A stretch of 34,789 bases of DNA from Candidatus Zixiibacteriota bacterium (GCA_029933635.1 JAOZNS010000002.1:1-34789), one strand, 5' to 3'; positions 8,713 to 16,176 are shown, counted from the stretch's first letter. Numbers and translations are program-made. Notes: generated by a model not told the origin, from the letters alone.

Positions 8713-9309
8713 ATGAAGGATGAAAGGAAAGGCAGGCGTTTTGGCGATCAGCTTGTTGATCATTCCAGATGTTGCCTCTTCTATGGAAAAAAGAAAAGGG
8801 GGCGAATACGTTACCTCAACTGGGTAACAGAGTTTTATGGATGTTGGGATGAGAAGATTGAAGGAAAAATCCTCCCAAAAAATTCAGAAGACAATCTAAA
8901 GGAGAACCACTCACCCAGTCGGGAGGTAAGGGAAGCGGTGAAAAAGCTTCCTTCTGCAGAAAAACGGTTCATTGAGCTTTTCTATTTCGACTTCAAAACC
9001 TACCAACAGATAGCAATGATTTTAAAAAAGAAAATTTATAAATTGGAAAGAATTCATCAAAGGGCCTTGGGCAAGCTGAGAATTCTTCTGGCTGACTTCG
9101 TGAGAGAGCGTTTCAAATTGGATGTTCCTGAGAATACAGATTGCATCATCTGCAGAAGTCCTTTCAGAAAGGAATTGGATCAATTGATCAAAAATAAAAA
9201 GAAGGAGGAGACCTATGCACGCTTGATTAAACTTTTTAAACGAAAATATCAAATTGATATAAAAACCCCTCAGGTGATAATAGGGCACAAGAAAAAACAT
9301 ATGGTCTAA
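8713..9309 (+). CDS. Sigma-70 region-4-like HTH protein with a Cys/His-rich N-terminus and a C-terminal CxxC...HxxxH segment
   Basis: LPSAEKRFIELFYFDFKTYQQIAMILKKKIYKLERIHQRALGKLRILL looks like sigma region 4.2. I see no convincing region 2. CIIC and HKKKH are at the C-terminus. Confidence 0.55.
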   Translation: MKDERKGRRFGDQLVDHSRCCLFYGKKKRGRIRYLNWVTEFYGCWDEKIEGKILPKNSEDNLKENHSPSREVREAVKKLPSAEKRFIELFYFDFKTYQQIAMILKKKIYKLERIHQRALGKLRILLADFVRERFKLDVPENTDCIICRSPFRKELDQLIKNKKKEETYARLIKLFKRKYQIDIKTPQVIIGHKKKHMV

Positions 9310-9426
9310 GTGACAGATCCCAGATCGTAGATAAAGTTTCCAGCCCGATCCCATAGAGGTGAGCAGTAGGGGAGACAAGATCCTGAATAATTGGACTCTT
9401 GAACCTTTAATTCCAAGGAGGTAAAA

Positions 9427-9714
9427 ATGACTGAACCCATCACCAGGCTTCGCGGCCAACACTGCTTGAACATCTTTGTCTCTTATCAGCTAAAAGAAAG
9501 GATTATGGAGCTGGCAGAAAAATATGACCGTACCATGGCAGATATGGTCAGAACTCTAATTAAGGTGGGCATTCCAGTTATGGAAGGGCTCACCGAAGCT
9601 GAGGAGAGAATACTCAGAGATTCCATCTCTCTGGCCAGAAAGTTGAGAAAAGTTCGGCAGATGAAAATCGAGGAGGAGGGCTATGAAAACGATCAGCTCA
9701 AAACAGAGCTGTGA
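9427..9714 (+). CDS. Ribbon-helix-helix (CopG/Arc/MetJ-like) DNA-binding protein
   Basis: A strong SD (AAGGAGG) lies 6 nt upstream of the ATG. The sequence fits beta-strand LNIFVS, helix QLKERIMELAEKY and helix TMADMVRTLIKVG, which is the RHH pattern. Confidence 0.65.
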   Translation: MTEPITRLRGQHCLNIFVSYQLKERIMELAEKYDRTMADMVRTLIKVGIPVMEGLTEAEERILRDSISLARKLRKVRQMKIEEEGYENDQLKTEL

Positions 9715-9783
9715 AAAAAAATTACACGCAGGCAGGTCTTCCAGCCCGGCAAGTCAAGTTTCTCGAAAGCCTTCAAATAATTA

Positions 9784-9812
9784 TTGACAAATTATAGTAG
9801 CTTTTGTATAAT
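9784..9812 (+). promoter_or_regulatory. Consensus sigma70 promoter driving the riboswitch
   Basis: TTGACA (9784-9789), an exact 17-nt spacer, then TATAAT (9807-9812). Confidence 0.7.
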
Positions 9813-9830
9813 TGCGATCAATATAAGAGA

Positions 9831-9965
9831 CGGTCGCCTAATCCCTTTTGGACCGAATGGTGCTGGAGGGAGCGGAGGACCCAAAGATCTTTGGGGCGAA
9901 TCTCCCTTAACGGGAGTAGGGTTAGCTCTTAATCCGAGCCCGACAGCTAACTTCGTAGGCGTGAA
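9831..9965 (+). promoter_or_regulatory. c-di-AMP riboswitch aptamer (ydaO-yuaA / kimA class)
   Basis: Conserved blocks match the consensus as I recall it. They are CGCCTAATC (9835), GAGCGGAGGACCCA (9870-9883), the CCCAAAGATCTTTGGG hairpin, GGGGCGAATC (9893-9902), ACGGGAGTAGGG (9910-9921) and AATCCGAGCCCGACAGCTAACTTCGTAGGCG (9931-9961). The closing helix is CGCCTA/TAGGCG. Confidence 0.8.
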
Positions 9966-10007
9966 GAGAGGAACATCTTAACGGATGATTGATCCGTAGA
10001 CTATAAT

Positions 10008-10040
10008 AAGACCAAGGTTCCCTCTGGTCTTTTTTATTTT
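10008..10040 (+). terminator. Riboswitch expression-platform intrinsic terminator
   Basis: AAGACCA-N10-TGGTCTT is followed by TTTTATTTT. It ends 20 nt before the ATG at 10061, with a GAGGGAAGGG SD in between. Confidence 0.8.
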
Positions 10041-10060
10041 GAGGGAAGGGAAAATCTGCC

Positions 10061-11677
10061 ATGAAAAATAAGATAAAAACTGGTTTGGGGCCGAATTTGG
10101 ATCCTTCCGAACGGAGAAAGTCCCCGGGATCTGTAGGACCTGAACTTAGAAGGGATGTCTCTGTGTGGGGCTCTTATATGTGGGGTTTTGCGGATGTGGG
10201 AGCAGACACCTTCGTCGCCCTGGGATTGGTCATGGCATATGCTCAGGGAGCAACTAGTTTGGTCTTCGCCCTGGCAGGCATTGTATACATAATGATTGGG
10301 TTTGCTTACACCGAACTTGCCTCCGCATATCCGGTGGCAGGAGGAGGACCGTATTTCTGCCTGCGAGGCTTGGGGGATTTCTGGGGGTTTGTGGCTGGCT
10401 CAGCCCTGCTTTTGGATTACACCATAGATATCGCTCTTTTCGCCACCGCCTCCTCCGGGTATCTTAATTTCTTCATGCCTTTTGTGATCGGTCGGAGCAT
10501 AGAAAGCTTCATCACCGATATAGGACCCTTTCACGGTGTAAATCCAGTATGGTGTGTGGAAACGTTGGTCTTGATCGGAATTCTAATCTGGTTGAACGTA
10601 AGAGGAATAAGAGAGTCTTCTTTTCTAAACGAAGTCATCGGCGTATTAGTAATCTTAACCGAGTCAGCACTGGTCATCATAGGCTTCCTCTTTGCCTGGA
10701 GACCCGAGCTTTTGGCTCACCAATGGAACACCCAATTCCCCTCCCCGAACAATTTCATGTATGGTTCCTCCATCGCCATAATCTCCTTTGTCGGACTGGA
10801 ATCGATTTCACAGGCGGCTCAAGAAACTCGACGTCCTGCCACCATCATTCCGCGAACCTCCCTGACTCTGATATTCACCGTTTTCATCTTTGCGGTGGCG
10901 TTTTCTACTTTAGGGTTGGGGGTGCTTCCTTGGCAAGATTTTGCCAAAAGCATGGACAATCCAGTTGCTATCTTAGCTCATGCGCTTCCCTTTATTGGAT
11001 TCGTGGCCGGACCTTTTGCCGCTGGACTTGGAGCATTGATTTTGTTCATCTCAGCCAACACCGGCGTGATGGGGGCTTCTCGCCTGACCTACTCTTTAAG
11101 CCAGTTCAAAATCATCAGTTCCTGGTTTGATAAGGTTCATCCCTCCTATCGCACACCCATCCGCACCATTTTAGTTTTCTCCGCCATCGGTGTGATCGAA
11201 ACCATACTCTCGTTTCTCACCCCTTCCGCCATGGACACTTTGGGAAATATGTATGCCTTTGGAGCCACCTTGGGCTACACCATGGTGTTTATAGCACTGA
11301 TAAAACTGAGGTTCTCCGATCCCTATTCTCCTCGCCCTTACAAGGTACCGGTCAATCTGAACATAAGATATAAGGGGAAAAAGGTCAGCCTCCCCATAAT
11401 CGGAATAATTGGAACTTTGGGAGTGGCAACCATTTTATTTGAGGTGGTATGGACTCATTCCATAGGAAGAATTGCAGGTCCAGCTTGGATCATCTTTTGT
11501 TTCATATATTATGCCTGGTACAGGAGAAGACAAAAACTTCCAATTTTCAGAAGCGCCAAACACGATTGGGAGAAGGAACAGATAAACGTTTTGACCTCAG
11601 CTGAAGAATTTGACCTTTTAGAACAATATAAATTAGCCTTAGCAGAAAGGGATAAAAAGAGAGTGGAGTTGAAATGA
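10061..11677 (+). CDS. APC-superfamily permease (amino-acid/cation transporter fold); candidate KimA-like K+ importer by context
   Basis: The 538-aa ORF has about 12 predicted TM segments. APC-type motifs are present (TELASAYPVAGGGPYF, LLLDYTIDIAL). It is directly controlled by the c-di-AMP riboswitch. Confidence 0.85.
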   Translation: MKNKIKTGLGPNLDPSERRKSPGSVGPELRRDVSVWGSYMWGFADVGADTFVALGLVMAYAQGATSLVFALAGIVYIMIGFAYTELASAYPVAGGGPYFCLRGLGDFWGFVAGSALLLDYTIDIALFATASSGYLNFFMPFVIGRSIESFITDIGPFHGVNPVWCVETLVLIGILIWLNVRGIRESSFLNEVIGVLVILTESALVIIGFLFAWRPELLAHQWNTQFPSPNNFMYGSSIAIISFVGLESISQAAQETRRPATIIPRTSLTLIFTVFIFAVAFSTLGLGVLPWQDFAKSMDNPVAILAHALPFIGFVAGPFAAGLGALILFISANTGVMGASRLTYSLSQFKIISSWFDKVHPSYRTPIRTILVFSAIGVIETILSFLTPSAMDTLGNMYAFGATLGYTMVFIALIKLRFSDPYSPRPYKVPVNLNIRYKGKKVSLPIIGIIGTLGVATILFEVVWTHSIGRIAGPAWIIFCFIYYAWYRRRQKLPIFRSAKHDWEKEQINVLTSAEEFDLLEQYKLALAERDKKRVELK

Positions 11678-11922
11678 CCTTTTTCAGATCAGATCAGTCC
11701 ATCTCTCCTACGCCGGATAAACTATCCCGAACCGACTATTTTCAGATCCTTACCAGTGTTTTGATGGTGATCTTAGGTATAACGATTCTATTTGGTTCGT
11801 TACGGGAAAATATCATGCTGATGCCTCTGTTCGTAGGCGGAGGATTTTTAGCTTTGGGTCTCTACAGGTTGAATTTCGTTATTAAGTATTTTAAGGGAAA
11901 ACGAAAATGCAACCACAGGTAA
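11674..11922 (+). CDS. Small (82 aa) two-TM membrane protein, translationally coupled to the permease
   Basis: It has an ATGA start/stop overlap with the permease. There are two hydrophobic helices (ILTSVLMVILGITILFG and MPLFVGGGFLALGLY). Confidence 0.5.
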   Translation: MTFFRSDQSISPTPDKLSRTDYFQILTSVLMVILGITILFGSLRENIMLMPLFVGGGFLALGLYRLNFVIKYFKGKRKCNHR

Positions 11923-12464
11923 CTTTTCTTGGGGCTCTGCTAGCTGGATTGTTTACCATCTCCTTAGGGGGATTATTGTGGTGGATGCTTCATCCTCCCA
12001 AACAAATTCAATCGGCGGTGGCGAAAGCTCGGCATGCAGTGGGAGCTTTCAAGCGAATCTTGGTTCCCACATCCGGGGTGTCCTATTCGGAGAAAGCTAT
12101 CGAATTAGCTTGCCGATTGGGAGTAGAACAAAAGGCGGAGATCCTCTTAACATACGTTTTGGAGATTCCGAGAACTCTTCCCTTAAATGCTCCCATTCCC
12201 CAAGCAGAAAAGGAAGCACAGGAAGCTTTAAATAGAGGAAAGGAGATCGTGGAACTGCATCGTTTAACTCCCATACTTAGGCTGGAAAGAGCAAGAGAAG
12301 CAGGAGAGGGAATCGTTAAGATTGCCAGAGATAATGACGTAGATGTTATAGTCTTAGGAATGCGCCCCACCTGGCGAGGAAGTCAAACTGGATGGGGAAA
12401 GACCACCGACCTGCTTTTACGAAAAGCTCCCTGCGAGGTGGTTATAGACAAATTGCCGGAATAG
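11907..12464 (+). CDS. Membrane-anchored universal stress protein (UspA-domain) family protein
   Basis: An N-terminal TM helix (FLGALLAGLFTISLGGLLWWML) is followed by a Usp fold (RILVPTSGVSYSEKAIELA...DVDVIVLGMRP...GKTTDLLLRKAPCEVVI). It overlaps the upstream ORF by 16 nt. Confidence 0.8.
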   Translation: MQPQVTFLGALLAGLFTISLGGLLWWMLHPPKQIQSAVAKARHAVGAFKRILVPTSGVSYSEKAIELACRLGVEQKAEILLTYVLEIPRTLPLNAPIPQAEKEAQEALNRGKEIVELHRLTPILRLERAREAGEGIVKIARDNDVDVIVLGMRPTWRGSQTGWGKTTDLLLRKAPCEVVIDKLPE

Positions 12465-12629
12465 TCAACAGATTTATGCAGGAGTCTTTTGAAAAAATGA
12501 AGCAAAGGGTCGAATAAAGGTGTCCACCTTACCAAAAGTCAATAGTTCACATCTCGGTAAGCAGGGGTTCCAGCCCTGCCCCATGGATCCCGGGACAAAG
12601 GAAGCTTTTCAGGGATTTCATGCAAATAA

Positions 12630-12658
12630 GGCAGGGACAGATCATGATCCGCCCTACC
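12630..12658. repeat. Degenerate copy of the GTAGGGGCAGATCATGATCTGCCCCTAC palindrome (REP-like)
   Basis: GGCAGGGACAGATCATGATCCGCCCTACC has the same GATCATGATC core and imperfect GC-rich arms. Confidence 0.5.
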
Positions 12659-12697
12659 TTATCCGTTTACTCCATTATTAACCTTAAAGGAGAATTT

Positions 12698-13099
12698 ATG
12701 AAAGTAGTGATATTAGGATGCAGTCGGGTGGGGGCAATGTTAGCCACACAAATGGCTAAAAATGGAAATGACGTGACGGTGATTGATTCTAAGGAAAGCT
12801 CATTTGTCAGGCTTCCTAAAGATGTAAAAATAAAAAAAGTATTAGGGATGGGAGTGGAAGAGGATACATTGAGGGGAGCAGAGATAGAAAAAGCAGACGT
12901 CTTTTTGGCTTTGACTAACAGTGACAATACCAACATCACGGCTTCTCAGATGGTAAAACAGAAATTTAAGATCGCAAAGGTGGCAAGTCGGGTATATGAC
13001 CCTCAAAGAGCCAAGGCTTTTCAGGAACTGGGACTTGATGTAATCTGCCCTACTGTAATGACGGTGGAGAAATTCTTAGAATTTTTGAAATCTAAATAG
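12698..13099 (+). CDS. RCK_N-only (TrkA-N) domain protein, 133 aa
   Basis: The ATG at 12698 follows AAAGGAGA. MKVVILGCSRVGAMLATQMAKNGNDVTVID is a Rossmann start, but its glycine motif is GCSRVG rather than GxGxxG. There is no RCK_C domain. Confidence 0.85.
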   Translation: MKVVILGCSRVGAMLATQMAKNGNDVTVIDSKESSFVRLPKDVKIKKVLGMGVEEDTLRGAEIEKADVFLALTNSDNTNITASQMVKQKFKIAKVASRVYDPQRAKAFQELGLDVICPTVMTVEKFLEFLKSK

Positions 13100-13155
13100 A
13101 TTTAATCTTTGTAGCTTATAAGCGAGGTGGAATCCAAAGAATTGTCCAAGCTTTT

Positions 13156-13232
13156 CCGCAGGAGCAAAGGACTTGATCCATTCCCTTTTTCACCCTCTTC
13201 TTTTGTGAAAAATCCAAATTTGGCTCCTGCGG
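13156..13232 (+). other. Nested-hairpin element between the two RCK genes
   Basis: The outer 10-bp stem is CCGCAGGAGC (13156-13165) with GCTCCTGCGG (13223-13232). It encloses an 8-bp stem, TTTTTCAC (13186-13193) with GTGAAAAA (13205-13212). Confidence 0.4.
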
Positions 13233-13316
13233 AGAGGTGAAGCGAAAAACAGAACACTCAGACAAACCTTTTGGGTTTGCCCAAAACCTGTAAAAATTGC
13301 ATAAGAGGTTGATCTC

Positions 13317-13979
13317 ATGTATATTATTATCGTAGGTGGCGGAGACTTAGGTCTCTCCCTTACCAGACTCCTTCAGGAAGAAGGGCACGAGGTGGTTCTG
13401 GTGGAGAAAGACCCAGCGCGCTATGCCAAGCTTTCAGATGAGATGGGAGAAGCGGTGATAATGGGAGATGGCGCAGAGCTGGGAACCCTTCTGGATATGG
13501 GGGCTAACCGGGCAGACGTTCTGGTGGCGGTGACCGGCACAGATCAGGACAATCTGGTCATATGTCAGTTAGCTAAACTCATCTATCTCATCCCCAGAAC
13601 CATTGCCAAGGTGAACGATCCCAGAAATGAGGAGCTTTTCTCATCGTTGGGCGTGGATGCAACCGTGTCCAGCACCAAGATCATCGCTTCCTTGATCGAA
13701 GAGAAGATAGATGCTGGCATGGCTATACCTCTTCTGGCATTTAAAGAGGGTGGGGTGGAGATATTCAAAACCCAGCTTTCCAAAGAATCATCTTTGATAA
13801 ACAAAAAGATTTCCAAGCTTAAACTGCCCAAGGATTGTATAATCATCGCAGGCTTGAGAGAAAATAAGGTGATAATTCCCAAAGGCGATACCGTCTTTCG
13901 TGAAGGTGACACGATCATTATTTTGATAAAAAAGGAAGGAAAGGAAGCATTCAAACGCCTCTTTCTGGAAGCTGTGTAA
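13317..13979 (+). CDS. trkA: TrkA/KtrA-type K+ transport regulatory protein (RCK_N plus RCK_C)
   Basis: The 220-aa ORF starts MYIIIVGGGDLGLSLTRLLQEEGHEVVLVEKD, with a canonical GxGxxG motif. The C-terminal TrkA-C region contains KLPKDCIIIAGLRENKVIIPKGDTVFREGDTIIIL. Confidence 0.9.
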   Translation: MYIIIVGGGDLGLSLTRLLQEEGHEVVLVEKDPARYAKLSDEMGEAVIMGDGAELGTLLDMGANRADVLVAVTGTDQDNLVICQLAKLIYLIPRTIAKVNDPRNEELFSSLGVDATVSSTKIIASLIEEKIDAGMAIPLLAFKEGGVEIFKTQLSKESSLINKKISKLKLPKDCIIIAGLRENKVIIPKGDTVFREGDTIIILIKKEGKEAFKRLFLEAV

Positions 13980-13991
13980 ATAAAGGATCTC

Positions 13992-14084
13992 GTAGGGACA
14001 GCCTCATTTGTCATTTGACTCAAATGAGAGTCAACTGACCTTGTGGCCGTCCACAACTCGAACAGGGACACGCACTGTCCCTAC
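13992..14084. repeat. REP/MITE-like element bounded by inverted GTAGGGACAG ... CTGTCCCTAC, with three internal hairpins
   Basis: The terminal inverted repeats are at 13992-14001 and 14075-14084. The internal stems are CTCATTTG/CAAATGAG (14003-14028), TTGTGG/CCACAA (14041-14056) and AGGGACA/TGTCCCT (14064-14082). Confidence 0.55.
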
Positions 14085-14118
14085 ATATTTCCGGCTCAGA
14101 CAATTTTTTGCCAAGCTT

Positions 14119-14146
14119 GTAGGGGCAGATCATGATCTGCCCCTAC
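14119..14146. repeat. Perfect 28-nt palindrome GTAGGGGCAGATCATGATCTGCCCCTAC (REP-like)
   Basis: It has perfect 14+14 nt dyad symmetry and contains two GATC sites. Related copies are at 12630 and 14064. Confidence 0.7.
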
Positions 14147-14211
14147 CTTTAAGAATTCCCATGGCGGTCCTTAGGAGATGTTTTACTTACGAAATAGCCC
14201 CCTCACCTATC

Positions 14212-14232
14212 CCTCTCCCCGGTGGGGAGAGG
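14212..14232. repeat. GC-rich hairpin CCTCTCCCC-GGT-GGGGAGAGG (second REP-like type)
   Basis: It has a 9-bp perfect stem and a 3-nt loop. It lies in the same convergent intergenic region. Confidence 0.5.
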
Positions 14233-14338
14233 AAATGGATAATGGGGGGCTGTTGCCGAAGTCAGGTTGTTGGGCTAACTATGCCTATCGGTTTAAACGC
14301 CTAAGGGCGTATGATGTGACAAATCAGGGATCGATGCA

Positions 14339-14746
14339 TCAGCCAACAGACTGGTTACGCTCCAGTAACTTTGCAGCTTTGCCTTCTGTCAAATCGTCGA
14401 GAACTGCACCTGATTTCAGCGTGTTGATCTCAACTAGTTCGTAAAGTTCAAAACGTTCCTGAGCAATCCTTAACCCCTCAGATGCTTTGTTCTTTTCTAT
14501 TACCTCACCTGGTGCCACAAAGCCAGTATCCGCGAAGTCAGAATAAAGAGACAACTGTCTATCTTTTTCAAGGCGAGAAATTAACCCATCAAGCTTCGCC
14601 AATTTACCCGCGAGACAAGAGCCAGCTAATCCAAGCATCTCTAAGTGCATCGCTCGCCGCGCTTTCAGCTTGTGGCTCCGGTAGTCTTTCCAGAATTTCT
14701 TCCATATCCCTCCGTTGGTGCAGGAGTTGAACCCCCGTCCCAGCAT
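14339..14746 (-). CDS. Hypothetical protein (135 aa), no recognised family
   Basis: The ORF starts 13 nt after the asnA stop. It is predicted to be helical and charged (LAKLDGLISRLEKDRQ..., ERFELYELVEINTLKSGAVLDDLTEGKAAKLLERN). It borders the REP cluster. Coding status is uncertain. Confidence 0.35.
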   Translation of the reverse strand: MLGRGFNSCTNGGIWKKFWKDYRSHKLKARRAMHLEMLGLAGSCLAGKLAKLDGLISRLEKDRQLSLYSDFADTGFVAPGEVIEKNKASEGLRIAQERFELYELVEINTLKSGAVLDDLTEGKAAKLLERNQSVG

Positions 14747-14759
14747 GTGTATCTTGAGT

Positions 14760-15896
14760 TTACTCCAAAACGTGGATATTCCTCTTGGCGCACATATCTT
14801 TTAATATCTTGGGCCATACGGTGACACTGACCTCTCCTAAATGTGCCTTCCGGAGCAGAAGCATATAGGTGCGAGACTGCCCGATGCCACCACCAATGGT
14901 GAGAGGAAGTTCGTTGTTTATGATTCCCTGATGGTAGGGCGTTTTGAGCAACTCCAACTGTCCGCTCATCTTCAGTTGCTTTTTGAGCGTTTCGGCATTG
15001 ACCCTTATGCCCATTGAGGTTAGCTCATGACGGCGTCTGGTCACAGGATTCCAGACAAGTATGTCGCCATTAAGACCATGCATGGGTCTACCATCCTCTG
15101 AGGTTGTTTCTGTGATCCAGTCATCATAATCCGCTGCCCTCATTTCATGTGGATAGCCATCTTTAAGAGGCCAACCCACCCCTATGATGAAGATGGCGGG
15201 ATATTCCTGCAGGATCTTTGTCTCCCGTGCCTTACGCGGCAGGTCGGGATATTTATCCAGAATATCTTCAGCATGTATGAAGGTAAGCTCCTGGGGCAAG
15301 TTGGGGTATTTGTCCGTCTTTAACTGAGGATACATATTTTGAACGAAGGTTTCAGCGTCCTTTAGAACTTTCCATATCTTTCTTACCACCTTCTTGAGGT
15401 AATCGAGGTTGCGCTGATCCTCGGTTATGACCTGCTCCCAATCCCATTGATCCACATAGCAACTATGATCATGATCCAGGAAGTAGTCCTTTCGCACAGC
15501 CCGCATATCCGTGCAAATGCCCTCACCCGGTTTCATTCCATATTGCTTCAGTGCAACCCGCTTCCATTTTGTTGCGGCCTGGACCACCTGGGCATCGATG
15601 GGATGATTATCGTGATCGGTGGAGATGTGGACCTGGATGGGGGTGCGTGAACCATCCCGATCCAGCATATCGTTTACCCCACTCTCAACATCTACAATTA
15701 AAGGAACCTGCACCATCATCAGGTTAAGTTCTCTGCACAGGTTTTCCTCGATATAGCTTTTCACTGCAAAAAGAGCTTTCATGGTCTCTTTTCGATCTAA
15801 GATCGGTCTGTAATCATTGGGCAGGATTTTCTCCAGCTCTTCGTAGCTCCCAATTCCGGGTCCTGCTAAGTCTGCCTTCTTATCGGCTGTTGCCAT
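14760..15896 (-). CDS. asnA: Aspartate--ammonia ligase (asparagine synthetase A)
   Basis: YVDQWDWEQVI, GLNGDILVWNPVTRRRHELTSMGIRV and TIGGGIGQSRTYMLLL match AsnA signature blocks. The N-terminus is about 45 aa longer than E. coli AsnA. Confidence 0.9.
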   Translation of the reverse strand: MATADKKADLAGPGIGSYEELEKILPNDYRPILDRKETMKALFAVKSYIEENLCRELNLMMVQVPLIVDVESGVNDMLDRDGSRTPIQVHISTDHDNHPIDAQVVQAATKWKRVALKQYGMKPGEGICTDMRAVRKDYFLDHDHSCYVDQWDWEQVITEDQRNLDYLKKVVRKIWKVLKDAETFVQNMYPQLKTDKYPNLPQELTFIHAEDILDKYPDLPRKARETKILQEYPAIFIIGVGWPLKDGYPHEMRAADYDDWITETTSEDGRPMHGLNGDILVWNPVTRRRHELTSMGIRVNAETLKKQLKMSGQLELLKTPYHQGIINNELPLTIGGGIGQSRTYMLLLRKAHLGEVSVTVWPKILKDMCAKRNIHVLE

Positions 15897-16176
15897 TGCT
15901 TCTACCTCCTTTTTTGCACGTCGGTTATTTTATACAAAATGAATAATCAAAATGCCGTAATTCGTCTAACCGATTGATTCAAAAAATTTTCTTTTTTCCA
16001 TTCCTTTAAGCTTTATATGGTACAATTCTTTCTGACAAAAATCAAGAGAAAAAGACCTAACACCCCACAATTGCTCTTGGATGCGTAATATTGCAACCTC
16101 AGCTCTTCTTTCATTTGGTGAATCTAAAAAATTTGACCTTAACACATGGATAGGCTTTCAGCCTCGGTTGGTCCCT

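Noticed and set aside
9784-9981. Track ORF of 65 aa (TTG start) upstream of the permease
   Set aside because: Its start codon is the TTG of the -35 hexamer, and its body is the c-di-AMP riboswitch aptamer. It has no SD. The RNA element explains the sequence.
14008-14444. Track ORFs 14008..14304(+) and 14178..14444(+)
   Set aside because: They are translations of the REP-like hairpin cluster (for example PSPRWGEE from CCTCTCCCCGGTGGGGAGAGG). They have no SD and sit in a convergent intergenic position.
14711-14746. tRNA-like GGTTCAACTCC T-loop box at the 5' end of the orphan ORF
   Set aside because: The T-stem has a G-G mismatch. No acceptor, D or anticodon arms can be built. A full tRNA would overlap the asnA 3' end. 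At most it is a fragment, so I did not call a tRNA gene.
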